From contig JBFLGF010000105.1 of the NCBI GenBank assembly GCA_050230475.1, forward strand, positions 1 to 64,000: a stretch of DNA of 64,000 nt, in the 5' to 3' direction. Shown in pieces: positions 51,803 to 64,000 of this stretch. A program made the position numbers and the translations under genes. This DNA comes from Ancylonema sp. Lineage: Eukaryota. Every line of letters starts with the position of its first letter. Within the stretch, counting starts at the first letter, position 1. Under the pieces are notes generated by a model. That model was not told where the DNA came from. It saw nothing but the letters and a program-made list of their open reading frames with translations, and ran no database searches.

Positions 51803-52749
51803 AATTAACCTAGCTTAGTCCTTTCCCTCATTAAAACCCTTAAAAATTCGATTTTGGGTAAAATGGGAAATTCTTTGAAAAACTTAAATTTTGAGCACGT
51901 TCGGCATGTGAATATGATACAAACATGATGAATGGAAAAGTTTTCAGCACTTTGATGAGTAGTTGGAAAGAAATCGATATCTGAAGTTTTTTGCATTTTG
52001 GGCCAGACTTCTGGTGATAAATGATTTTTTGATCTTTAAATTTTGTACTGCTGGTTTGCCAGAAACTAACTTCAGGTCGTGTATGTTGTTTTTGAAGGAG
52101 GCCGAGGCTTGAGAAGGAGCTCTGGAGCCTGGGAGGAGAAGATCGTTGTTTCCATTTTAGAACAGCCCCTCTTAATTAAAAATCATTAGGGGGCGTTTCC
52201 ATGCCATAGTTACTATGTGGCTCTCTGAGTTTTCATTGGTCGCCAATACCAATTGGTTTTCATAGATGGTATATGCTAATTTAGTTGGTGACAATCTGAG
52301 GGGGTGTGTTATGGTCTCTAGGATCAGATATTTCACTTGTTGGTTAAGCACGAATTTAAAGGGGCTGGGTACAATTATACTCCGGCACCCGACAATATGC
52401 GCATACGGTTAAATGTAATGAAAACCGTGATGCCAATGAATACAGTCGTTGGTCGGTCGATAGGGCCAATATGACATATCGACATATAGCCGATAGTGTT
52501 GAACCATTGTGAGTGGTCAGAATTATCTAGCGTGCACTCGTGACCAATCGGCTACATTGTTCCATCAGTCTTTGAGCACCGTGGATCGGGGTATATCAGC
52601 TGATCCAAAGCTCGACGATAATAACTCCGATTGATCATTACATGTTGCAACATCACGCATTATTGAGACGGAACCATTTTGAACACTCCAAACACCTTGT
52701 ACGCTTTGCACTCTGATTGGACTACACACGCATACAAATACATAATCCT

Positions 52750-55000
52750 AAAAGGGAACGCAGCTTGGAGGCTGCGCAGCTTCGTGCGCGCCACGCGAGA
52801 TGGGGTCGCGGTCACAGTATGTGTATATCCTTGTATCCCGCTGCCAGCGCCGTCTGCAACACACCACACGTCGCCCCAGCGAACGTCTTCATCACGTAGA
52901 GGTCGTCTCGCAAAGACGTAGGGGAGAAGTGGCGCATGGAGGTGTTTATGGGGGTGGCACACTCCGCCTCGTCTCCTAGCCAAGAAGATGAGGGGTTCAA
53001 AGTGGGAGGATTATGAGCCATTGCTGCAGCAAGCTGCTGATCTGCGTCCTCTCGTCGCGTTGCATCCTCCGCAGCTATCGTTGACGTTCGTTTTGCTGGC
53101 CGCGCCGCTGCTAGCTCCGCTGCCAGATCCTGAACTTGAAAGGTTGCGAGTTGAAGTTGAGGGGATCCGGTCCGAAGTCTTCCTCTAGGACCGCGTCATC
53201 CGTCGACCCCACCGAGTCGAGCAGCTCCTCTAGACTGCTGACCAGCCCCGGAAATAACGCGCAGGCCACCAAAGGAGGGGTAGGGGTGTGGCAAGTTGCT
53301 AGCAACATGGCAATCCGAATCACCCCCGCCGCATCCTAGTAGCGGTAAAAGAAGTTCTCGCCCCAGGAATCAACCATCCCCCCTACTCCGGCGGTGAAGT
53401 CCATGCCGAGCAAGACATAGTAAGCCGTGGTGTCGACCACCGCCACTCTCAGGCTGCATTTCTTTTCATCTTGTTTACCTTGACTGAGGGTAAACATTAG
53501 CTAATCTGTTACCCCCCTGGACTCCTCCATTCCCCCCCCCACTGTTAGGAAAGGTCGCCTAGGTCTTGATTGTGTTGATGTATTGATTTTGACGCCCACA
53601 TCGATAGCAAAAGCTTTGTTGATCATCGGGGTGACCGCTCCAGTGTCCGGAATGCCCATTTGGGGGACGGAGCCGTTGACGTCAAGGTACCCTTTGTTGG
53701 GGAGCATGGCTGGGGTCCCGTGAGTCCTAGTAAGCATCTACAGTGTCACCACTCGTGCTTGCTCTGCTGCTGCCGGCCGCCTCGCCTCAATTGCAGCGTT
53801 CTGTGTCCACAGCGCCTGCCTCAAGTATATCGTCAGTTGTTTGATCTCTTCGGTAGCGTGTACGATGGCAATAGCGGTCTAAAGTGGCGTCTCCACGCCT
53901 CCCCCCCAAATGTTGGATTTCAAGTTTAATCTGAATTGCTTAAATTTCGGCCTAGTCCGGATAGGAGAGGATCCATCGGGGTATCGAGTCCGAAAGTCAA
54001 AGTTAGTGCTAAAGTACAGTTTAGGAAGTTGGTGCGGGTAGTGCTAAAGATGCATCGGTACTGGGAGTTTCGTGTATGACGTGTCCGACACTTGTCGACA
54101 CGATCGACACTTTTGTACATTAAGTCGTCGATGGGTTAGTTGGGCTGGTACATGGACCGACACTTGGCGCACCGTAGATGCGCTGTCATTAGAGGATTCA
54201 AGCGACAAGGGAAAGACCGGCAGACTGAGAGCCTGGCCAGATAGTCTGTAATCGCTCTCATAGTAACTCTCTTGCCCGGCAACGGAGCCACGGACCACAC
54301 TTGTTTGCAAGATCTGCATAGTGAGCATGATAAGCATGATTAAATGCTTGTTAGATTTGATGTCATGGCAGTGCATCATTCATAGGAACACGAATGGGTT
54401 ATTCGTTGTGAGTGCGCTGACTGTAACCAAGTAGGCGAGTCAGGCGAACTAGTAGAGATAGCCTTTGTCGCGACCGACATGGCGGACCAGGCTAACACCA
54501 AAGGTGGTTCAGGGAAAAAGTTTGAAGGGGGGTAGAGTTGATTTATGGTGTCAGGTTCAAGGGAAGAGGGAGGATGTCCATGGTTGAAGGTTTGAGGGAG
54601 TTGAGCGGTGTACTCTTCCTTCTCCATCGGCGCTGGCCTTGCAACTGGTGCCGTCGCTCCTGCAACAACCGCTAGTGCAAATTTTGGGATGGTTGGGGGT
54701 GTTGCAGCCCTGCGGACCGGTGGACGCCCCCTTCCCCTTCTTGCTAGTACCACTAGAGTGATTAGCGCGCATCTGACTCCTGCTACCACCGCTGTATTTG
54801 GTCCCCGCCTGTAGCTCAACGCCATTCCTTGGAAGCCTCCATTGCCTCCCAAGTATGTGTAGTGAAGAGAGAAGCCATTTGCTTTTGGCGCTTGGTCGAA
54901 GATTGGGGTTGACTGACCAACACTGGGCTTTTGTGTGCCACATGATCTGCCAATGCTCACATTTGTGGTTAGCGGTCTTGTGTGTTGATTACTCATTGCT
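52750..55000 (-). mobile_element. Gag-protease-(putative C5 methyltransferase) retrotransposon relic, downstream part
   Basis: Second knuckle (KCEHW...HTKAQCW), FQGMALSYR, linker, protease GIPDTGA...YYVLLGMDF, then LYVMKTFAGATCGVLQTALAAGY. Confidence 0.75.
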
Positions 55001-58000
55001 TGTAATGAGTATCGTTAGTAAATGCGATGTGTTACTTATGACATCGACATGCTTGCAAGAATAGATCACTCATAAGTATTACTGAAGTGAAGCGGATTAG
55101 AGAAGTAAGTATCTGCTACACTAATCGAACAGGAAACGGACACTAAGTTGTCGACCAATGGGAAGACAGCATTAAGCAAACGGATCTAGGCTCGGCATAT
55201 CGATCGATAAATGCCGCTCTACTGAAGTGAACTGACGCGTGTCACACTTAGCATTATCTACTCAACACACCCCCCTAATGATAAATGTGACAAAGGACAT
55301 AAAAAATTTCACTAATGTATATCAGACGAAAAAAAAACGTCAAATCAAACAAAAAATAACTCCGACAAAAAATACAATGCTATCCAATCAGAAAACGTCA
55401 CATCACCGAAAAAGGTCATATCATCCCGATGAGTTTCTTGTTGTACCAAACGACTCCAACACTGGCATGCTTAGTCAACATATCCGCCCCCATCTGGCCA
55501 GCTGAGATTTTCTCAAAGAACAACTCCTTTTCTTTGAAGACTCTGTCTCACGAAATGGTACTTGGCCAGAATCTGCTTGCTTCGAGCATGATACACCGGG
55601 TTGTGGACGATGTCCAGAGCCGGCTGGCTGTCGACCAGAATGCGAACAGATTTCTCAACTCTTGCCTCCCCCTGCATTTGAAGTTGGAGCTGGCGAAGGA
55701 AGCTGAATTCTTGAGCTGCCATCGAGAACCCCATGTACTCCGATTCACAAGAGCTCAGACTAGCATTCCCCACCAGTTTAGATTGCCAGCTCACTGCCCC
55801 ACCAGCTGACAGGATGACAAAGGCTGCCCGAGAGCGGGAGGTGTCAAGACAGGTGAGGTGGCTCGAGTCACAATAGCCCCACAGCTCTGTCGACACACCC
55901 TTCTTGTAGCACAGGCCCTCCCCACTTGTGCCGTGCAGGTAACGAAGCACATGCTGGACTCCCTCCCAGTGTGCCATGCTAGGGTTCCCGTTGAAGCGAC
56001 TCAAGCTACTGACAGCTGCAGCAATATCCGGGCGCGTACATACCGCCAGGTACATGAGAGAGCCTATGGCGCTGCGGTAAGGGATGAGTGCCATTTTCTT
56101 TGCCTCCCTCCTCTGACTGGGGGGAATCTGCCTGGCTGAGCTTGCAACCCTGGGGGAAGGGGATTGCTGGCTGCTCGGGGACTGTCGACAGGAAATCGCA
56201 GGAGTACCTCCCCCAGGTACTTCTCCTGTAGAAGCTGGACATCTCCACCCGGTAAGCGTCTTAATCTCCATGCCAAGCAGAAATGTGGCTGCTCCCAAGT
56301 CCTTCATCTTAAACCGGCTGTGAAGCAAGGTCCTTGACGCCCCCAAATGAGACTGATGACGTGCCCGATGATGAACATATCATCGACGAACAGCCCGAGC
56401 AGGATGCGATCCCTCCCTTGATGAATTGCGTAGACGCAGTAGTCGGCGGTGAGGCGTTGTAGGCCGAACTCCGACAGGGCCCTTTGTTGAATCGACATTA
56501 CGGAAATGTAGATTGCTTCACTTGAATGGCTATGCGTCTGTCACAGTATGCTCATGTACGCGAATAGATCACTAAGAAGAATTAGTGATCTTTGAGAGAG
56601 TACAGAGGATAAGAAGCTTGCTAGGATAAGGCATAGACGTGGCGGAGGCCGACGTCTATGCGGCGGCGTCACTAAGCTGCCAATGAGGAGTCAGCTTGAA
56701 GCGAACGGGGTTAAGCAAGTTCTGACGAAACTTAGCGAATCTAGGAAAACCCGGGCGGTAGTACTGACTCTAGCGAACCTAGGATACCGCCGAACATCTC
56801 GGGATAAGGGCGGAAATGGACATGCGCCACACTTAGCATTACCCACTCAACAGCCTTGTTGACATGGAGATTCCACATCCGGGGAGACTGTTTGAGCCCA
56901 TAGAGAGCCTGGAACAGACGGAGGACTTTCCCAGCCACATCTTCATCGAACATGCCCTCGGGGATCTCCAGGTACACTTCCTCCTCTAGTGTCGCATACA
57001 GGAATGTCGTAGTCACGTCCATCCGCTCCATCTGCATCCCCTCTGAAGCGGCAGCTGCAAGCATGATGCGAATGCTCTCAAATCTGACAGGGGGAGAGTA
57101 GGTCTCGGTGTAGTCGACCCCCTCCTCCTGCATGAAGCCTCTCGCCACCAGACGTGCCTTGTACTTCTCCACTTCTCCCGACAGGCCTCGTTTCTTCTTG
57201 AACACCCATTTGCTCGTGATGACAGGGTGCGAGGTGGGCTTGTCGACGACCTAGAACACCTAATTCTCAACCAAGGAGGCAACCTCAGCAGCACAGGCCT
57301 CCAACCACTTCCCAGAGTCTAGTAGCTTCATCGCTTGCATGTAGGTCTTCGGGTCCGAGTCGGAGCTCTCCATCGTCGCCAGCATCACCATGTCTGCCAT
57401 GTAGGAGGGGGGGACTCCACGATTTTCTCTGTTGCTGCGGCGTAGGACTGGTGCAGGTGAGGGAGCTGAGGGTTGGGCTGCAGGAGGGACCCCCGATCCC
57501 GAAGCTTGAACTGGGACCTCCAAGGATGGAGCTTGGGCTGGGACCTCCTCTGCCTCTGGAGTGGCATCATCTGCAGGACTGTCCTGCTCCGACTCGTCGA
57601 CCACCTCTGACACTGTAGGCGAAGGAGCGACAGGGGGAGAGGGACACTCAGGAAACACCAGGGGCTCTTACTCCTCTCGAGCTGCTGCAGTGTCTCTCCA
57701 CCATCCCGGCTGTGCGTCCTCATCGAAGGCTGGAGCAGCGACATCGTAGACCTTGTGAGTGGTGGAGTTCCACACTCGATAGGTAGGGCTGCTGACTCCA
57801 TAGCTGATGAGGACTCCCAGGTAGCCAACTGCTGCAAACTTCCCACCCCTTGCAGACTTTTGGATCTGACAGAACGCCTTGCAGCCGATGACTCGAAGCT
57901 TGCCGAGGTCGGGCTTCTTCCCTGTCCACATCTCGAATGGCGTGCAAGACAGGTTGGTAACCGGAGTCATGTTTCTGAGCATGTTTGTTGCTTGAAGGAC

Positions 58001-60441
58001 CTCTGCCCAGAGATACGCCGGGAGGGAGGCAGCAATCAGGATAGTCCTCGCCTTATCCTGAACAGTGCGATTCCACCTCTCTTGCGGGCCATTGACCTCT
58101 GGTGACCGAGGAGGTGTCGTCTGCAGCGTCACCCCCAACAGGGCCTTTTTGTGCTTGAAGGCTGTCGAGGTGAATTCCCCTCCGTTGTCAGATCGGAGGT
58201 TGAGCAGCCTCTGCCCGCTTTGATTCTCTGCCACTGCTTTCCACTCCAGAATCTGTTCGCCGCATCAGACTTCCTTTTTGATTGGGACCGCCCAGGAATA
58301 TCTGGTGAAGACATCGAGGATACCAAGGAAGAAAGATGCACCTCCCAGGCTACATGGGACGAACAAGTCCTGCCAAGTCCATGACCACAAGCTGCAAAGG
58401 ACGCGTAGTGTTGTGATCGAATTTGACAGCAGGGTGTGGAGGTCTTGGTAAGCTTTCCCCAGCTGGCAGGAGTCACATGAGTTGACCGCTCCGGAAACCT
58501 GACCCAGTCCTGTGGCCATGTTGTCCTTCAGGAGTCGATGGAGTGCTGCTTGGCCGCTGTGACCAAGCCGACGGTGAAGTAGGTCCATGGACAACGAGTT
58601 GCTAAAAACTTCGGCTTGGCGACACGAAGCCATGGAGAAAGGAAGGGGCAAGACAGTGCAGTCGAGAGTCATGCGGCTTGCAATAGCCTCTGTCAGGAGT
58701 GCCACTTGTTGTAAATCTCCATTAGGGAGCTCCTTTTTGAGGACCACCTTGCCAGGAATCTCTCGGAAGACATAGAAAAAGTCAGCTGCTCGAAGTGCTG
58801 AAGCTCATGGACTCAATAAGAAGAACGTTGTCAAGTCTGAGCTTTTGTTTTCCTGTCGCCGAGTCGACCTCCAGCATGTTGACGCCATTGCATCCTTGTC
58901 GCCGAGTCGACCTCCAGCATGACTGTGCCGCTGTGTGTGACATCGATGGATCCTTGTACCTGATTGACTTTGAAATGACCTTGGAAAGGGGAAAGCTTGC
59001 AGAAGAAGGATCGGTCAAGACAGATATGGTGACTGGCACCAGACTCTGCTAGGAAAGTAGTTGGCGAAGTCGACAGAGACACAGTTGCAAGAACTTCACC
59101 TCAAATTTGCAATGCGTCATGTGACTGTTGTATCTTCAAAATGTGATGAGAATCACTGTCTGAAAATTCCACAACACCACAGCTGAAACACCATCTGCTC
59201 CCCTATCCTCCTTGTCCTTTTTCTATTTGCATGCCTTCTCCAGACGGCCATTTTTTTCTGCAGTGCTTGCACTTCGCCGATCCAGCTTTTGGACAGTCCC
59301 TAGCATAGTGACCCTTGTTACCACAGCAGTAACACATGGTGTATGAAGGTGCAAGTCTGCTGCTCGACGGTTTGGAGTTGTCCTTGCCATATTTCTGGGC
59401 CCATAAGATTTCAGCCTTCGCCAGTTCGAGCTGGAATGCGTTGGCAAGGGCTGCAGATCCAGACAGCGGTGCAGCTTTCCTTTGGAAGTCCTCGTCGTCG
59501 TCTCGCATGCTAGCGAAGAGCTCTTGAAGGTCCTGTTTGTCTTTGGAATGTTGCCATGTCTTCTTCACATGTTCGTATCTGTCGTTTGGCTGGTCTAGCA
59601 GTGCTCTCTCCTTTTCATCTTCATAGAGTCGGACGCCCTGCTGCTCACATCTCTCGACAACTGCCTCGAATCTGCAAATTGTCTTGTCGGTAGTCTCCGT
59701 CTCTAGATGTTGGAAGTTAAGGAGTGCTTTTTGTGCGGCAGATTTTCCCATCTCCGATTTTCGTGCAAACTTCTATTGAAGTTTGTTCCACATTGCTATG
59801 GGATCGTCGAGGACAGAGGAGACAGTAAGCAGCTGAGAATCAGATATGGACTCGACAAGGAGACAGGCTGCTTTGTTATAGTCTTCCTTGTACGCTTCAT
59901 GTTTGTCGGCAGCGATTTTATCTGCAGCGATGTCTTCTGGAGATAGATTTTTCATCATTGTCATGGCGTGAGATTCTCGTGGTCGTGCTGGACAAGAACT
60001 TCGTTCGCTTACAAGATCCGAGACCTTGTTCACAAGTAGGATTCCCTTAAGTCTTCCTTACCATTGTGTGTAATTGTCTTTATTAAGCTGATTGCTTGTT
60101 GCCCTGAATCGCGTCCCTTCAGATGGGACGGCTCTGATACCATGTTGAAGTATCGTTAGTAAATGCCGATGTCATCGATGTCATCATGTGTTACTTATGT
60201 CATCGATGTGTTACTTATGACATCGACATGCTTGCATGAATAGATCACTCAGAAGTATTACTGAAGTGAAGCGGATTACAAAAGTAAGTATCTGCTACAC
60301 TCATCGAACAGGAAACGGACACTAAGCTGTCGACCAATGGGAAGACCGCATTAAGCGAACGGATCTAGGCTCGGCATATCGATCGATAAATGCCGCTCTA
60401 CTGAAGTGAACCGTGTCACACTTAGCATTATCTACTCAACA
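55001..60441 (-). mobile_element. Full-length but frameshifted Ty1/Copia element
   Basis: LTRs at 60143-60441 and ~55001-55267. PBS TGGTATCAGAGC (tRNA-iMet) at 60131-60142 and a PPT at 55268-55276. Order is gag (CYCCGNKGHYARDC), PR, LLHRRLGH, IN (LRSDNGGEF), RT (YKARLVARGF, ALYGLKQSPR, LFVDD) and RH. Confidence 0.93.
56485..56852 (-). mobile_element. Solo LTR nested in the Copia RT
   Basis: TGTTGA...TCAACA termini with imperfect 5-bp flanks (CCCTT/GCCTT). It splits HVNKA|LSEFG, and its end resembles the host element's LTR. Confidence 0.8.
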
Positions 60442-60830
60442 ATGTCTGGTGCTGCGTCGTGCCACTTTGCTGCCCACCATTGTTTCGATCCCCATTGCCG
60501 CCCCCATTGCCTCCCATGGGTATTTCCCCCCCTCTATTGCCTCCGCCGCTGCCACCATTGCCACCTAGATTGCCACCCGGCTTGCCGGTGCAGTCTCGGG
60601 CAATGTGCTCCACCACACGGCAGATGTTGCATGCCCGCGTCTCCGTCCTCTCGGGCAGTCTTGCTCCGAGGCGATTTTCCACATTCGACGGGAAGTGGAG
60701 GCGGTCATGAATAGGAAGACGAGGCTGGTCTTGTTTACTCACTCCCATCCGTGGTGGAGGCTTGACTCCGGCTACCCGAAAATTTGCCTCTAGGGTCAAA
60801 AGTGAAGCCTCCTCTGAAGCGTCCATAATC
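60442..60830 (-). mobile_element. Upstream gag part of the 52.7-55 kb relic
   Basis: CNICRVVEHIARDC knuckle and Gly-rich linker. The reading continues at 55000 once the Copia is removed. Confidence 0.75.
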
Positions 60831-60832
60831 GA

Positions 60833-63510
60833 TGTGACGTCTTATCCGCGTGAATACTATCTCAAGCCATTTCCCATACAATATTCATACACACGCCATT
60901 CAGATAGGTGCGAGATGAATGCAAGCTTAATCAATTACCGCTCCAAGGTCTAAAATCCAGACCTTGGATATTTTTCGGCGAACACAAAAGTTTGGCCGAA
61001 CCTATGCAATATGCAAACACGTACCTATGCAAAATGTAACCACGTACTCAAAACGATACATTCGAATCTTAAGTCATGCATGTGACCAATCAGCAACTTT
61101 GGCTGATTGATCACGTCTACAATTTAATGCTCATAGCCGCAAGTTCAACAACCAATCACAATGTGGCATTCATTGACATGATCGTATATGAACGCACGCT
61201 CAGCCCCGGCCATGACCGGACTGACTATTCCAAAGTAACAGGACTAGGAACTTAGCAAAATGACTGCTATTCCTACCATCCCCCTCTCATTGGCTAATCC
61301 CTAGCCACTAGTCATGCCCATCAATTTCTTCCCTACTACAAGCACCTTCACACCAACACGCTTTGTTAATTGGTCGGCTGCCATGGCATGAGTGCGTACA
61401 AACTCCAAACTCATCTCACCACTTTCCACCTTTTCCCGAATAAAATGAAACCTGATAGCAATGTGCTTGCTACGCTTATGAAATACTGGATTTTTAGCCA
61501 ACTTGATGGACGATTGATTGTCGACAAGTAGAAGTGTTTCCCCCTCCTCCGGTTTCACCCCCATCTCAGACTGCAACATGGTCAAGTACAGTCCCTCCTG
61601 CATGGCATAGCAGATTGCCATGTACTCCGCCTCGGTGCTACTCAGAGCCACCACGTCCTGTAGCTTACCAACTGACGCTCACACTTGCCCCACCACACAT
61701 AAATACAAATCCCGATCTACCTTGTTTCGTTTTATCATCGCTCCCATAACTTGCGTCGCTGTAGCCCCACACAGTAACCTCCTCACCTGGGCTGTAGGCC
61801 CAGCCCCCTCACCGACAGTCCCCTTTATATATCGCAGCACCCGCTTTGCCGCTTCCCAGTGCTCCATCTTGGGGTTCTAGCAGTAACGGCTGAGTGTTGA
61901 CACAGCCATCGCAAGGTCAGGCTTGGTACAAACAGCAAGGTACATCATACTGCAGACTAGACTCTTGTACGGAATTTTTGCCATCGATTGGTCTACCCCC
62001 TCTTGGGCCTCGACATCGTCTCACCCAAATGTGCTACCCGGCTCGAAAGGAGTTGTGACCACCTTGGCCTCAGCTATCCAACATTCACTGACCACCTCCG
62101 ATGCGTACTTTTCTCGCACTAGAAAGTACCCTCCTTCCAGCCTCCGTCGAATCTCCACCCCGAGCAAAAAATGCGCACTACCTATATCTTTCATCTTGAA
62201 GTGCAGCTTTAAGTCACTCCTTCACTTCCGTCAGGGACTCCTGGCTACTCCACACAATCAGCAAATGATCGACATAAAGCGCCAAGAACGCTCGCTCATC
62301 ATCCTCCCCCACGACATAGATACCGTGCTCAGTCACGAAGCGATCGAATCCCATCTCGTGCAGGACCTTGTCGATGGTCTGGTTCCACATTCGTGGCGAC
62401 TGCTCGAGTCCATATAGGCACTTCTTGAGTTTCCACACCCGGTTTGCCCCCCCAACCGGCGCCACCCCTTCTGGTATTTCGACGTATGTCTCCTCTTCTA
62501 GCTTGGCATATAGGAATGCCGTAGCCACATCCATTTGGTCGAGCTCCCACTCCTGGAAGCCGCCAGAGCCACCACTGCCCGCACACTCTTGAATCTCACA
62601 ACCGGGGCGAATGTCTCATCGTAATCCACCCCCTCCATTTGACGAAACCCTGTGGCTACTACCCTAGCCTTATATTTGTCAAGTTTCCCCTCCGCGTCAG
62701 TTTTGATTCGCAACACCCACTTCGTACCTATGACTTGTTGAGTGTGTAATGCTAGATGTGACACGTATTTGTCGAGTTCAGTCACCGGGACCTTAGATAG
62801 ACATTAGATAGAGAAATACATCAATATGCCGAACTTGAGCTACAATTGCCTAGTACTATCTCCCTACTGGTCGACAGCCTAGTGATCTTCTAATCTTAGG
62901 ATACGAACACTTTATCGACACGTAGCTTCGCTAGCTGAGTACTAATTCTTTACCATCGACAACTTAGATCCGTTCCTGCTACCTGATTCAAACCAGTTTC
63001 GTAGTTTTTTTACTCCCTGTAAACTTGCACATGATAATCAATTATTCTCCGTGAACGATTCTCGTGTCTATGTCTTTGCTGTAATCGACACAGTGAATAG
63101 CCCTCTGCTCATTCCGCAAAAAGTATTGAACATGGTACTTTCTTCCTCGATGGTCTATCGACCTCCTCGAAGACTTGATTTTCCCACAAGCTCTGCATCT
63201 CAGCTTCCATGGCTGCAGTTCACTCCTCCTCCTTGCCACTTTCCATAGCAGCTAACACTGTCGGAGGATTCATGACATCCGCGGCCACCTCAAATGTCTC
63301 GTCATATTGGGTGGCACTCCCCAGTTGCCCCTGGCGCTGACACGTACCACTTGAGGTGGAGGGCTATCGACATTATCGATGTCATCATCATCATCATCAT
63401 CGTCGTTAGTTGAAAATAGTGATGGCAAGTCATCATCATGTGGGATTCTGATTTTTGATTCTCAACCGTGTCCGAGTGAAGATTGGCCCAAGGCAAGGTG
63501 ATTGCTTGGG
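60833..63510 (-). mobile_element. Second Ty1/Copia element, 3' half (RT, RH, PPT, 3' LTR ~60833-61279)
   Basis: YKARVVATGF, MDVATAFL, LYGLEQSPR, LYVDHLL, VALSSTEAEY and KHIAIRFHFIRE. The PPT GAGAGGGGGA abuts the TG start of the LTR. Confidence 0.9.
62736..63132 (+). mobile_element. LTR insertion in the second Copia RT
   Basis: Starts TGTTGAGTGTGTAATGCTAG (related to the 55-60 kb LTR) and ends CA followed by TGGTA (PBS stub). It splits RK|VIGTKW. Confidence 0.7.
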
Positions 63511-64000
63511 TCTCTGTATTAGGGTGTACGAGACTATGATATGGCTATATTTGTGAAACACTTAGGGAGCTCGGTCTACGACAGAATTCGACGATCAGCT
63601 ATGGGAGAAACGCGTAATTAGAGTAAAGTAAGAAACGCCAGCTAGGATACAGACAAAGTATAGGGTTAATTTGGGGGCGTGTGTGATAAGTGGTTTTGTA
63701 CTTTTGAGACATGGGAGATGCATTGGCAATTGTGTCAATTTGCTGTGTGCTCTAAATACATGTACTAGCATTCGTGATGCAATTTGTCGACGTGTACAAT
63801 TAGGTGTCGACAACTTTGTTGATGGATGGACAAGTGGCGGATTTTGTTTAGACGTGTGATGTAGTTCGTGAGCATGTGCATGGGTGAAGACGAGAGCCGC
63901 AAAGTAGTTTATGAATATGTAATTGAAAGCTCGCATTGCTAGGTTGACTAGCGGATTACGAAGCGTTGTTCATGTGACCTGTCGTTCTAGAAGTTATTCA

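Overview
This is eukaryotic nuclear DNA from a green plant lineage, most likely a streptophyte alga or other non-seed plant (land-plant-type PsbQ, GT-AG introns, C-rich/poly-C intron tracts). Intron-containing genes reconstructed by hand are: a ZIFL-type MFS transporter (+), PRMT4/CARM1 (-), two tandem PsbQ genes (+), a SAMC-type S-adenosylmethionine carrier (-), an SDN/DEDDh small-RNA exonuclease (one full copy, one truncated copy, +) and a VID27/CYPRO4-like WD40 gene (+). There are also two apparently identical intronless GDP-sugar transporter (GFT1/GONST4-like) copies (-). The 11-40 kb interval holds four separate local duplications. The PsbQ duplication also copied the last exon of the SAM carrier gene, and an (ATTTGATG)n array arose in only one of the two units. 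The first 1.5 kb and the 41-64 kb region are nested retroelement debris: two Ty1/Copia elements, solo LTRs, a CRE-like RLE non-LTR family, and a Gag-zinc-knuckle/protease LTR family. One copy of that last family continues into what looks like the start of a C5 DNA cytosine methyltransferase domain, which is the most notable candidate system here. All calls come from reading the sequence and recalled family motifs; no searches were run.
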